IMG/VR virus record: IMGVR_UViG_3300000117_000016
Location: 15,779-79,778 of that record
Source of the DNA: a virus
Reading direction: 5' to 3' (one strand)
Length of the DNA: 64,000 bases
Part shown: positions 29,438 to 38,339 of the stretch, in pieces
Position numbering within the stretch: the stretch's first letter is position 1
Layout of the letters: the number at the start of each line of letters is the position of its first letter
The notes under the pieces: generated by a model
The model's input: the letters and a program-made list of their open reading frames with translations, nothing else
Databases searched by the model: none
What the model was told of the DNA's origin: nothing
Made by a program: the position numbers and the translations under genes

Positions 29438-30065
29438 ACCACCTTCTTGCTAGCTCTAAGTCTTCATGGGTATCTATTTCAATAGACTCTTCAAATGATA
29501 GTGGATAAAAGTATGGGTTAGATCCTGTCCTGTTTTTATGTTCTTTGAATGTTTGTTTGGTAAATATAAAAAAGGCACCATTGCCTAATATTATAGGTTC
29601 TAAGTTCTGCGTTTTTTGAATATGTTTCGGATCAAAATTAATTGGCTTATTTCTAAAATATGCAAATTCCTTATGCTCTGTGCATGCCTGAACAGTGTCA
29701 TAGCCCTCACTTAATTTTTTACTAGCTTCCTTCATTGTAGAAAGCTTTATAAATGGTGATGTTACATGTGGCGTCACAATAATTTCTTTATCATCTACAA
29801 CATGTTCATCTAAAAATCTATCAATCATTAATAATACAGGACTGACACCAAATGTAGCATCTGTTTCCAAAGCAATATGTTCTGGTAATCGCTGATAGGC
29901 ATTTCTGCATGATCTCAGTATTCTTGGGCTATCTGTATCAACAAACACCTCTTCATTTGTAAGTTTGTCTAATAGGTGTAACCACAAAGGCTTGCCTTTT
30001 AAAATTACAAAATTTTTATCTGTAACCCTCTCAGACTTGTCTTTTACAATTACAAAAAACTTCAT
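29427..30065 (-). CDS. Acylneuraminate/ulosonate cytidylyltransferase (NeuA/KdsB family)
   Basis: KSERVTDKN...GKPL, VDTDS, HVTSPF, TQNL, EIDTHEDL. Confidence 0.88.
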   Translation of the reverse strand: MKFFVIVKDKSERVTDKNFVILKGKPLWLHLLDKLTNEEVFVDTDSPRILRSCRNAYQRLPEHIALETDATFGVSPVLLMIDRFLDEHVVDDKEIIVTPHVTSPFIKLSTMKEASKKLSEGYDTVQACTEHKEFAYFRNKPINFDPKHIQKTQNLEPIILGNGAFFIFTKQTFKEHKNRTGSNPYFYPLSFEESIEIDTHEDLELARRWYGD

Positions 30066-30066
30066 A

Positions 30067-30516
30067 TTATTCAGCTATAAAAGTGCAAATGATTTTTCTA
30101 TCTCTAATAGGATCTAGTTCCACAGCAAATATACTTTTCCATTTGCCTAGTATTAATTCACCATTATCAACAGGTACTGTTTGAGATGAGTCAAAAAACA
30201 AATATCTAATATGAGAATGTCCATTAATTCTTTCGTCTGGCGGGGTGTCGTTCCTCAATGATATCATATCATGCAAATATTTAGTATTTTTTTGCACACC
30301 TTCCGGTTGTTTAGCTATTGGTGCATATGCGTCTAAGAAAAATCTAATATCAGCATGGTGCAGAATTTCGTTTTCCGTCATCCAAATAGCTAAGGTGGTA
30401 TGTGGAGAAAATACATGGATAATACCAGACTTATTCCAATCTTTTGCAAATTCTTTGATCTGTGGAGTAAGGTTGGTGAATAATTTATCGGTATTTAAAG
30501 TGATGTATTTCTTCAT
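30067..30516 (-). CDS. yjbQ: YjbQ (UPF0047) family protein
   Basis: HTT....ENE, Y.HD, NGHSHI, LGKWKSIFAVELD..R.R. Confidence 0.88.
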   Translation of the reverse strand: MKKYITLNTDKLFTNLTPQIKEFAKDWNKSGIIHVFSPHTTLAIWMTENEILHHADIRFFLDAYAPIAKQPEGVQKNTKYLHDMISLRNDTPPDERINGHSHIRYLFFDSSQTVPVDNGELILGKWKSIFAVELDPIRDRKIICTFIAE

Positions 30517-31193
30517 AGTATCTTACAATTTTGTAATATTTTTATTGCCTCTTCTGTTGGCTCTAAATCATTTGATAGTCTTGATGGCTGTTGATCCAAC
30601 AGCAAACAAAATGTAGCATCTATGAAGCCTTTGTCGTGTAGCCATCTTATAATATTGATTTCTGAGTTTTTGTCATGGCAAGATTTATTATTTTCTTCAT
30701 TTTGAAATATTTTATCTTGTACATAAAATGATTGTCTAACTTCATTATTTACAGAAAAACCAAACACATATAATTTGTCCTTAGGGAATTTTAGTATATG
30801 ATTACAAATTGCAGCAATACCTGTTCTGGGCTGTTTTTTAAAAAGATAAGGACACTTATTCTCCCGTAAAAAACTATTATAGGGACCAGCACGATCTATA
30901 CTATGTATAATTGTATATTCGTCAATATTAAAATTATCTGTAAAATTTTTAATATATTCTTCTTTATAGACGGTTTTGTAGTCTTTCATTAAAGACGATC
31001 CGCTTTTCTTTCTTTGTACGATATTGGTATATAAATGAGAACACAAAACTATAGAGTCTTTTATAGATCCATTATTTCCAGAAGGAATACCCATATTGCA
31101 TCTAATATTTCTATCAAATATATCAATTAGGCTATTGGCGTTTAAATTATTGTAAGTCTTGTTGCCTAATATTAAAATTGATTGATTGTTCAT
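30513..31193 (-). CDS. GT29 sialyltransferase-like protein
   Basis: L-like motif ILGN...IDIFDRNIRCN...G; S-like motif PRTG...LYVFGF; VS motif HxxxxE (HDKNSE) followed by LH. Confidence 0.72.
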   Translation of the reverse strand: MNNQSILILGNKTYNNLNANSLIDIFDRNIRCNMGIPSGNNGSIKDSIVLCSHLYTNIVQRKKSGSSLMKDYKTVYKEEYIKNFTDNFNIDEYTIIHSIDRAGPYNSFLRENKCPYLFKKQPRTGIAAICNHILKFPKDKLYVFGFSVNNEVRQSFYVQDKIFQNEENNKSCHDKNSEINIIRWLHDKGFIDATFCLLLDQQPSRLSNDLEPTEEAIKILQNCKIL

Positions 31194-31200
31194 AACAATA

Positions 31201-31791
31201 TTATTTTCTTATAAAACTATATATATTTCTACCATTAGAATAAAAGATATCATAATTATGGCTAGTGAAAAAATTGATTAATGCAACATCTCTTTGATTA
31301 TCTCTATTAGTGTTGTAGTCGTGTGTTTCCATGCATATTTGTTGAACACCCAAACAGTCTTTATAAATATCATATTCAGCACCCTCTATGTCTAGCTTAA
31401 TTAATGAAGGTTGATATTTTCTAATTAATCCTTTAAGGGAAATCGTTTTAACTGTATAGGTTTCTGAACCTACGCTTTTCATATCAGGGTTAATACTATC
31501 TGACACATGATTGGGGTTATTGTTTTTATATAAAACTAAATCTTTATCATCTAATGTATAAACAGCCTTATTGATGAAAGTAACATAGTTTAGTTTCTTG
31601 TCCTGATTATATCTCAAGGCTTTTATTGTAGGATCGACAGCAATAACTTTGACATCTCTATACAAATGTAAAAATTCACTAAAGCTATAGTCTTCACCTA
31701 CGCCTAAGTCTAAGATTGTATCATTAGTATTTATAGAGTCTAAATCTACATAATAACCCCCATAGTGATTGCCTGCTCTTAGTATATTCAT
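31201..31791 (-). CDS. FkbM-family methyltransferase
   Basis: LDLGVGED, VDP, LIKLDIEGAE, QICMETH. Confidence 0.88.
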   Translation of the reverse strand: MNILRAGNHYGGYYVDLDSINTNDTILDLGVGEDYSFSEFLHLYRDVKVIAVDPTIKALRYNQDKKLNYVTFINKAVYTLDDKDLVLYKNNNPNHVSDSINPDMKSVGSETYTVKTISLKGLIRKYQPSLIKLDIEGAEYDIYKDCLGVQQICMETHDYNTNRDNQRDVALINFFTSHNYDIFYSNGRNIYSFIRK

Positions 31792-32669
31792 TTAATAGCA
31801 CCTATCTTTGCAACAAATTCTTGCCATTCTCTCTTCCATTTGTCAAACGGTATAGTCTCTTGTAGCCATCCAATTGGATCATACATATCATAATTATTAT
31901 AAATTTTTTCTAATTTTTCTTTGATTAATTTAGTATTGGACCTATCTTTCCAAGAAATAATTTCACCTATTCTTGGGTCATAATCTCCATCAAACAATCC
32001 GGCTTCTGTAGACAAAACCGGAAGTCCACAAGCTATAGCATCCATTACTGCATAAGCATTGCCTTCGTGATAAGAAATACACATGTAAATATTATGATTT
32101 TGATAGCCGGTTTGTTTATTGTGTTGTCCACATTCTAAATTGTTGAATGTAAAATTTAAACATTCTGAACGGATATTATTTATAATTTTAGATCCTTTAG
32201 ACTCCGTTCTCCAATCCCCAACTACAGATCGGCCTTTAGTAACAGCCTTATCAGCTTTTGTCTCTACTCCATGCAGTATAACAGTGTCGTCAGTAACTCC
32301 ATGATGTTCTTTGGCTGCTCTTTCTGTAAATTTAGAAATACCCACAAACCAAGTGTTGGGTCTTTTTCCCATACCTTCTTGTTGTTGAACGAATACATCT
32401 CCGTCCCAAATAACATTCCTCTTTTTGTGTTCGGCAGCCATACCGTGGTGTACTGCGATTACCTTAAGCGGTTGAGGTATTTCGTTAATAAAACTATGAT
32501 CAGTTATTATTAATGTTTCATTTATATTTAGTGTAAACCAAGGAATGTTTGACTGTCTAATTACAGACCGTATACCAGGAAAAGCTTTACGCAGCTCATA
32601 ATCGAATCTAGCGACACCACCGAAAGATCCTGTTTCATAATTGGTGGGGGTATAATGTATAATATTCAT
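31788..32669 (-). CDS. Glycosyltransferase family 4
   Basis: GGVARF, HG, KG, SYHEGNAYAVMDAIACGLPV. Confidence 0.82.
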   Translation of the reverse strand: MNIIHYTPTNYETGSFGGVARFDYELRKAFPGIRSVIRQSNIPWFTLNINETLIITDHSFINEIPQPLKVIAVHHGMAAEHKKRNVIWDGDVFVQQQEGMGKRPNTWFVGISKFTERAAKEHHGVTDDTVILHGVETKADKAVTKGRSVVGDWRTESKGSKIINNIRSECLNFTFNNLECGQHNKQTGYQNHNIYMCISYHEGNAYAVMDAIACGLPVLSTEAGLFDGDYDPRIGEIISWKDRSNTKLIKEKLEKIYNNYDMYDPIGWLQETIPFDKWKREWQEFVAKIGAIK

Positions 32670-33556
32670 TTTAAAAATTTAGATTTGCATAATGTCCTAA
32701 TTTTTTCTTTTACGCTATCGTCCCACAAAAATTCCTTTACCATTTTATTATATGGCTTATAGTTTTTCCAATTTTGTGCATAGTGGTCTGCGTTGCTATG
32801 CTCTCCCCATTCTCCAATATACTGTGCATTCATAGTAAAGGTGGATATTTTAATAAAATTATTTAAGGCTAGAAACCCACTCATAACACTGTCTTGACTA
32901 GTTACTACCTTACTTGGGTCCATGTCGTATTGATCACAGTACTCCAATATTTGTTGATGCGGCCTACCCCTATAGTCATCTGGTAGCATAGCATAGTAAG
33001 CTTCCATAAAAGGAGCCACAACATCATATGCTCTTTTAAAAAACCCATATCCCCAAATATGCTCCATTTGCATAAATTTGTTATTATTTCTCTCTTGCTG
33101 TTTATCCCAATCGTCGTATCTTGTAAGATAGTCACAATACTTAAAAACATCTGTGTGTCTATGAATTTCACCAAAACAACTCACCATACTAATATCTTTA
33201 TCATCCTGGAATTTATCCATTAATAAATTCAACTGTTCTAGATAATAGTCATTTAATACTATGTCGTCTTCTATGAATATAGCAGAATCTGCTCTATCAA
33301 AAATAAATTCTCTTGCTCTTTTTTGATTAAAAGCAACGCCTAAGTTGCATTCACTAGCAAAGACTTTGGATTTAGGAAAATGCTTACTAAAAACATCTAC
33401 ACTGTTTTTTACTTTGGGCTTATCATCCGTTAGTATTCTTGCACCATCTTGAAACAAAAAAACCTCAGCGTCCTTGACTTGAGGCTTTAATGCTTGCAAT
33501 ACTTTATCTAAATAATCTGGACGATTATATGCATATACTATTATTGGTCTTGACAT
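32666..33556 (-). CDS. GT-A glycosyltransferase (GT2/GT13-like)
   Basis: YNRPDYL, FQDG, IFIEDD, WG. Confidence 0.8.
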   Translation of the reverse strand: MSRPIIVYAYNRPDYLDKVLQALKPQVKDAEVFLFQDGARILTDDKPKVKNSVDVFSKHFPKSKVFASECNLGVAFNQKRAREFIFDRADSAIFIEDDIVLNDYYLEQLNLLMDKFQDDKDISMVSCFGEIHRHTDVFKYCDYLTRYDDWDKQQERNNNKFMQMEHIWGYGFFKRAYDVVAPFMEAYYAMLPDDYRGRPHQQILEYCDQYDMDPSKVVTSQDSVMSGFLALNNFIKISTFTMNAQYIGEWGEHSNADHYAQNWKNYKPYNKMVKEFLWDDSVKEKIRTLCKSKFLK

Positions 33557-33581
33557 TATAATCCTAGATACTGTAGTGGAG

Positions 33582-33830
33582 TTAACTCTTGGTTAGTTTA
33601 TTATAAACCAAAAGAGCAACCACGCCACCACCAATTCCCATAAAAATTCCCGCAGGCTCTAACGCACTATAAAACCCTAATAAATAAGATACTGCTCCAC
33701 CGCAATACGATCCAGCAACACCAAGGGCTACAGTTTGGAAAAACCCTAATTTTTCTTCGCCGGGGACTATACTCTTAGCAATAGACCCTACAAAAATACC
33801 GTATACACACCATATTAATAAACTAAACAT
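33582..33830 (-). CDS. GlsB/YeaQ/YmgE (transglycosylase-associated) membrane protein
   Basis: G...G.IAK.IVPG...LGVAGSYCGG; three TM segments. Confidence 0.85.
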   Translation of the reverse strand: MFSLLIWCVYGIFVGSIAKSIVPGEEKLGFFQTVALGVAGSYCGGAVSYLLGFYSALEPAGIFMGIGGGVVALLVYNKLTKS

Positions 33831-34209
33831 TACTTACCTCTATTAAAGAATGAACTTGTTCGTGACTCAAATCGCTTGCAGCGTCCAATATTTTCTCACA
33901 CAAAACACTTCCATGTTTTTTATATTCTTCCCTTGGCATATTTTGTCGTAATATTTTTTTAAGACGCATTTTGGTATACCATCCACGCCTTACACTTAAT
34001 GTTTTAATATGACTAGCATAAGCAGTACATTTTTGTTCAGTACTAGTCAGCATTTTGAGTTCTGTTTTATTACAATCTTGTATAACTCTGATTAAAGTAA
34101 GAAATACCCCAATCAGCATAATAACAGCTATGACACTACCAAAGTTAGCCTTCGGATCTATGTCAGAATCTATAGCAATTTTTTCTGCAATTGTTTCTAA
34201 TTCATTCAT
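33823..34209 (-). CDS. Hypothetical membrane-anchored protein
   Basis: One hydrophobic segment (VIAVIMLIGVFLTLI). Confidence 0.7.
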   Translation of the reverse strand: MNELETIAEKIAIDSDIDPKANFGSVIAVIMLIGVFLTLIRVIQDCNKTELKMLTSTEQKCTAYASHIKTLSVRRGWYTKMRLKKILRQNMPREEYKKHGSVLCEKILDAASDLSHEQVHSLIEVSNV

Positions 34210-34213
34210 GATA

Positions 34214-34453
34214 TTACTTCGGCCTTATGTTAATATAAAATTTACCATCCCTGGCTCCAGTTTTTAAAATACCATCCGATGATACTTGCACTTTAGCTTC
34301 AACTGGCGGACCTCCACCTATGACTGTAGGAGCATATCCAGCAGTATTAGTTCCAGCAATTGGATTATACCCTGCAGTATTATACACTATATTGTCGTCA
34401 ATATTATTAATAGTCGTTTTTAAAATTTTGTTGAATAGTTCTCTATTACTCAT
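34214..34453 (-). CDS. 79-aa protein with conserved leader and two TAGYxP motifs
   Basis: N-terminus matches 47597..49093 and 49519..51213. Confidence 0.75.
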   Translation of the reverse strand: MSNRELFNKILKTTINNIDDNIVYNTAGYNPIAGTNTAGYAPTVIGGGPPVEAKVQVSSDGILKTGARDGKFYINIRPK

Positions 34454-35291
34454 CGTCTTTTCTGTCTATAAAATATTGAGCTATATCTTGTTTGAATTTT
34501 GGTTTATTGGGCAGTAACTCTATCAGACCTTCCGTAATTTTTATGTCTGTATCTGGGTCATAGTTGTGGTTGTGTAGTATTTCGTTTTTTTCCCAATACT
34601 GTCTGTTGGCAGTATTTCCATGATACAAATGCTCTATACTACCTTTAATACACCCAATTTGGCCGTTGACGTTCTCATTATTTTTGAGGGCCCATAATAG
34701 GTATTTACGCCTCATTCTTGGGGGTAGGATTAATACTTGCTGATGATCCCATAACCCTAGCCAAGCTATTAATTGTAAAGCGTCATTATTCCCTAAAACA
34801 TCACAATCAAACAATCCGTCATCTATTATATTTCTCCTCATTGCCCAACTAAAACCTATGGCTGGCCAATCTTGCTTTTCTTCATTAAGATGATCTTGTG
34901 CAAAGGATATCTTATTGTGTGTAGAATTAGTAGACTTCTCGTATACTTGATCGAAACATTGTGCTACAGGATATTGATTTAAAACTTTATCTATGTCTTT
35001 TAATATGTTGTTATTATTAAAAATAATATCACAATCTACCCAAACAATGATGTCTATATTATTGGGTAGGGTATCTATCAAAACATTTAACAGTCTCTCT
35101 TTTTGCCAAACTATATTAGAGGTTGTTCCTTTTAGCTTTATACTGTCTTCTATAAAAAAATCCTGATCATCAATGGCGAGTTCTGCTGTATAAATTTTGT
35201 GTGGAAAACGTCTACGAAACTCTATATAGTTATTCTTAATCCTATTAGAGTTTGTAAAATTGAAGTACGAAGTTATAAATGCTGTACTCAC
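34446..35291 (-). CDS. GT-A glycosyltransferase-like protein (paralog 2 of 3)
   Basis: WQKERLLN, WVDCD, HLYHG. Confidence 0.7.
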   Translation of the reverse strand: MSTAFITSYFNFTNSNRIKNNYIEFRRRFPHKIYTAELAIDDQDFFIEDSIKLKGTTSNIVWQKERLLNVLIDTLPNNIDIIVWVDCDIIFNNNNILKDIDKVLNQYPVAQCFDQVYEKSTNSTHNKISFAQDHLNEEKQDWPAIGFSWAMRRNIIDDGLFDCDVLGNNDALQLIAWLGLWDHQQVLILPPRMRRKYLLWALKNNENVNGQIGCIKGSIEHLYHGNTANRQYWEKNEILHNHNYDPDTDIKITEGLIELLPNKPKFKQDIAQYFIDRKDDE

Positions 35292-36103
35292 AAAATATCT
35301 TTAATTTCGTTGTGCAATTCTGCCTTATCGCTAGCCCATTGCCATAAACCATTACTACCTAATTCAATATCCTCATTAATATCAAACAGATGTTTGTTTA
35401 ATATATGTGTATAAATTGGGCGTTGACTACTAGTGGTGGTAATTTTAATGTCATTTAAATGATTTAATTTATTTTGCACAACCATAAAGTCATTGATAGC
35501 TTTGGTTAATAGGGGTAGACTAATATCTTGATGGAAATCACGACAAAAACTGTTATTCCAAGCTCCTTGCCAAGTAACAATTTGATGTAATTCATTATTG
35601 CCTACAATAGAAAAATCATACAAGCCCTTAGGTAAAACATCTCTTCTTACAGCCCAAGCCAAATCATACCTACCTATATTAGATATGACAGGATTATTCT
35701 TTAGACTATATTCCTCACCTGCCTGTTTGATTTTTGCTAGATACCCCAACTGATCATTAACATGGCTAAAAAGTTGGCATATAGGATATTCGTCTAATGC
35801 AACTGTTGCCTTTTTGTACCATGACAAATCTTCAAAAATAATATTGGGATCTAACCAAGCTATTTGGTCAACAGAAGACTTTAGTGATTCTATACCTATG
35901 TTAATTAATCTTTGTGGTTGCCAAAGCATATTAGATTCGTCGGCAGATATCCTAATAGAATCATCAATCCAAAAATATTGATCGGCAAAAGCAACCTCTA
36001 CTACAGTCAGAGGAGCGTTAAAGTTATTTTTAAACTCTTGGAAATCCTGTCTAACTTTGTCAGAATTATTAGGATTAAAATAGTAGGTTATACATCGTAG
36101 CAT
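35288..36103 (-). CDS. GT-A glycosyltransferase-like protein (paralog 3 of 3, degenerate)
   Basis: LWQPQRLIN, WLDPN in place of DxD, no HLYHG. Confidence 0.62.
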   Translation of the reverse strand: MLRCITYYFNPNNSDKVRQDFQEFKNNFNAPLTVVEVAFADQYFWIDDSIRISADESNMLWQPQRLINIGIESLKSSVDQIAWLDPNIIFEDLSWYKKATVALDEYPICQLFSHVNDQLGYLAKIKQAGEEYSLKNNPVISNIGRYDLAWAVRRDVLPKGLYDFSIVGNNELHQIVTWQGAWNNSFCRDFHQDISLPLLTKAINDFMVVQNKLNHLNDIKITTTSSQRPIYTHILNKHLFDINEDIELGSNGLWQWASDKAELHNEIKDIL

Positions 36104-36105
36104 GG

Positions 36106-36378
36106 TTATCTATAAATTATATTACTTTTTTGTTTTGATCCATCTTCTGGCTCGCAATAATTGCAATCAATTTTCTTAATTCCGTCACCACTAATATACC
36201 ATCCTTTACCTTTGCAAACAGGACAGTCTTTACGTTTTGGCTTTTTGATAACTGTATCATTACCGGCAGCAGCTTTTAAAACTGCTCCAGCTAAAGTTAC
36301 TACAGAAGTGGTGCTGTATTTAGGTGTTGCAGCAAAAGCCACAGTCATCATTAATACTACGCAAAATAATTTATTCAT
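36106..36378 (-). CDS. Small exported protein with CxxCxGxG zinc-finger-like motif
   Basis: Signal-peptide-like N-terminus; CPVCKGKG...GDG...CNYC. Confidence 0.7.
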   Translation of the reverse strand: MNKLFCVVLMMTVAFAATPKYSTTSVVTLAGAVLKAAAGNDTVIKKPKRKDCPVCKGKGWYISGDGIKKIDCNYCEPEDGSKQKSNIIYR

Positions 36379-36557
36379 TTCTTAAGCCACCTATCTAATA
36401 AATCTTTTAATGGCCTTTTGGGTTTTGTAATATGTTTGTCTGTACTAAATAACTTCATAATACCCAATATAAAATCTGTTAAAATTCTAATTAATTGATT
36501 CATAAGAAGCTGATCTATCCAGCCACCCTTATGTTCATCTTTTTGTTCATCTGTCAT
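36375..36557 (-). CDS. Small hypothetical amphipathic protein
   Basis: 60-aa ORF with ATGA overlaps on both sides. Confidence 0.6.
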   Translation of the reverse strand: MTDEQKDEHKGGWIDQLLMNQLIRILTDFILGIMKLFSTDKHITKPKRPLKDLLDRWLKK

Positions 36558-37480
36558 AGATAACTCTCAAATCCATAGTCAGGAAGTTTTTGTGGTGGAA
36601 ATCCATTAAAATCACTAAAGGCGTAAGCTCCGTTTTGCCTTAACATACCAGCCGCTACGTCTGCGTGTATTAAAAAAGAACCATCAGGAATAGGACCCCA
36701 ATCTGGATGGCCCCCAGAGTTCCATTTACCCCAGCTATTTTGTACAAGAAAGGCCGGTTCATCGCCCGTATCATCACAGGCTGTCCATGCCATTGCGTGA
36801 GCCCATGACCCACTTTTACGAGCGAATCCCTTAGAGCTACGTTTGTTAGAAAATCCATAACCACTACAGACACTTAAGCCATACCCATTAGCCAGTGCAT
36901 CTCTGGCTTCTTCTACTGTTCGGATTAATGACACTGTTCTAATTTGATGATCGTCTGCTTTTGCTAAAACCTTATCCGGCACTCCACGACCGCCCCAGTT
37001 TGTGCCTATCTTACTATTATACTTGCTAAAGTCGCCTACCCCAGGATAATTCTTACGCACAAGAACACCGCCTGTTTGACTCACAAACGTAGCAGCACGA
37101 CTACAACTCATACCCTGTCCAGTATGACCTCTAGCTCCGTATATTGCTTCTGTAGCACCTCTAGCAAGCCAGCTTTCTTTATCTCCCTTTATATCTATTT
37201 CTACAGCTCTAGTTACATCACATCCGTTTCGTGTAGCATGTGAAACGCAATCGCCTGTAGTCTGTCGTTCTGTGTAGGCATTTTTGTCAAATTTCAACAC
37301 AGACTTATATGGTGTTGACAGTTTACCCTTACCGCTATTTTTTATTTTCTTAGCACCGTCTGTAAAGTAGGCATATTTAGATGTAGCAATTAAGTCATCA
37401 TAGACATGCTGTTCCCAAAGGCACCCACTAAAGCCTTTTTTGTATTCATTGTATAATTGTTCTGGTGTCATTCTTGCCAT
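36554..37480 (-). CDS. Papain-like cysteine peptidase (C1 family)
   Basis: Q..GDCVSH (Gln/Cys), HAM (His), QNSWG (Asn). Confidence 0.88.
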   Translation of the reverse strand: MARMTPEQLYNEYKKGFSGCLWEQHVYDDLIATSKYAYFTDGAKKIKNSGKGKLSTPYKSVLKFDKNAYTERQTTGDCVSHATRNGCDVTRAVEIDIKGDKESWLARGATEAIYGARGHTGQGMSCSRAATFVSQTGGVLVRKNYPGVGDFSKYNSKIGTNWGGRGVPDKVLAKADDHQIRTVSLIRTVEEARDALANGYGLSVCSGYGFSNKRSSKGFARKSGSWAHAMAWTACDDTGDEPAFLVQNSWGKWNSGGHPDWGPIPDGSFLIHADVAAGMLRQNGAYAFSDFNGFPPQKLPDYGFESYL

Positions 37481-37980
37481 TATTTACTACCTTGATAGAA
37501 TGCCCAGCTTAAAGCCCTGAAAGCTTCAGCAGACTTGGATCTTAAATCATCACTTAACGATACATCATCATCCCCAATAGCAGTAACCACCAAAGACCTA
37601 GAGGCTTCTGCAAGGTTAGGGTACTTATCTTTGATATCTAATCTCAGCATATTGCCAGCAATAGAATTAACTTGCCTAATAGCATTAGTGTCTTTAACTA
37701 CTTGATCTTCTCCATCTAGCTCTATTAGTGTTGCTATGTCTGCATATAAAGAAGATAATTTTAAGGCATCTGATTTTCTAGTAGAATCTTCAGATGATTG
37801 CAGTATTTCTTTGATTTCTCTTGCTTTTTCTAGTAGATCGGTGTCTGAAGGAGCATCTACAACATATGATTCAACAACAGACACATTATCTGAAGGCGTA
37901 AAAATATTACCCAAATCTGGCTTAACTAAACCAAACAATACTAGAATTGCACCTATCGCTAATAATACTTTATTCTGCAT
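37480..37980 (-). CDS. Membrane-anchored or exported hypothetical protein
   Basis: N-terminal hydrophobic segment; probable start MQNKVL. Confidence 0.7.
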   Translation of the reverse strand: MQNKVLLAIGAILVLFGLVKPDLGNIFTPSDNVSVVESYVVDAPSDTDLLEKAREIKEILQSSEDSTRKSDALKLSSLYADIATLIELDGEDQVVKDTNAIRQVNSIAGNMLRLDIKDKYPNLAEASRSLVVTAIGDDDVSLSDDLRSKSAEAFRALSWAFYQGSK

Positions 37981-38338
37981 CGTCTTGATCTCCACACACT
38001 GTTGGGCTTAAATAAGGAAACATAGTATCGGCTACTTCAACAGCTCTTTTGCATCCACTTTTTTCTGCTAAATCTCTGGTCTGCTTCCAAGAAACAACCA
38101 GATCGAAAAACAGATTTTCAGTCTTAGCATTTTTCACAACAGATGGTACTTTGACAACTACTGTTGATGAGCCTGTTTTACTTTTAATCTTATCTACCAA
38201 ATCCATAATAAATTTTTGTACAGGGCTTAGCTGATCCTTAAATAGCACCCATATAATTATACCAGCACCAGCATATAAAGCCAAATCCATTGTGCTTAAT
38301 TTAGAACTAAATTCATTAAAACTTTCTGTAAAATTCAT
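37970..38338 (-). CDS. Membrane-anchored hypothetical protein
   Basis: TM segment LALYAGAGIIIWVLF. Confidence 0.7.
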   Translation of the reverse strand: MNFTESFNEFSSKLSTMDLALYAGAGIIIWVLFKDQLSPVQKFIMDLVDKIKSKTGSSTVVVKVPSVVKNAKTENLFFDLVVSWKQTRDLAEKSGCKRAVEVADTMFPYLSPTVCGDQDDAE

Positions 38339-38339
38339 A

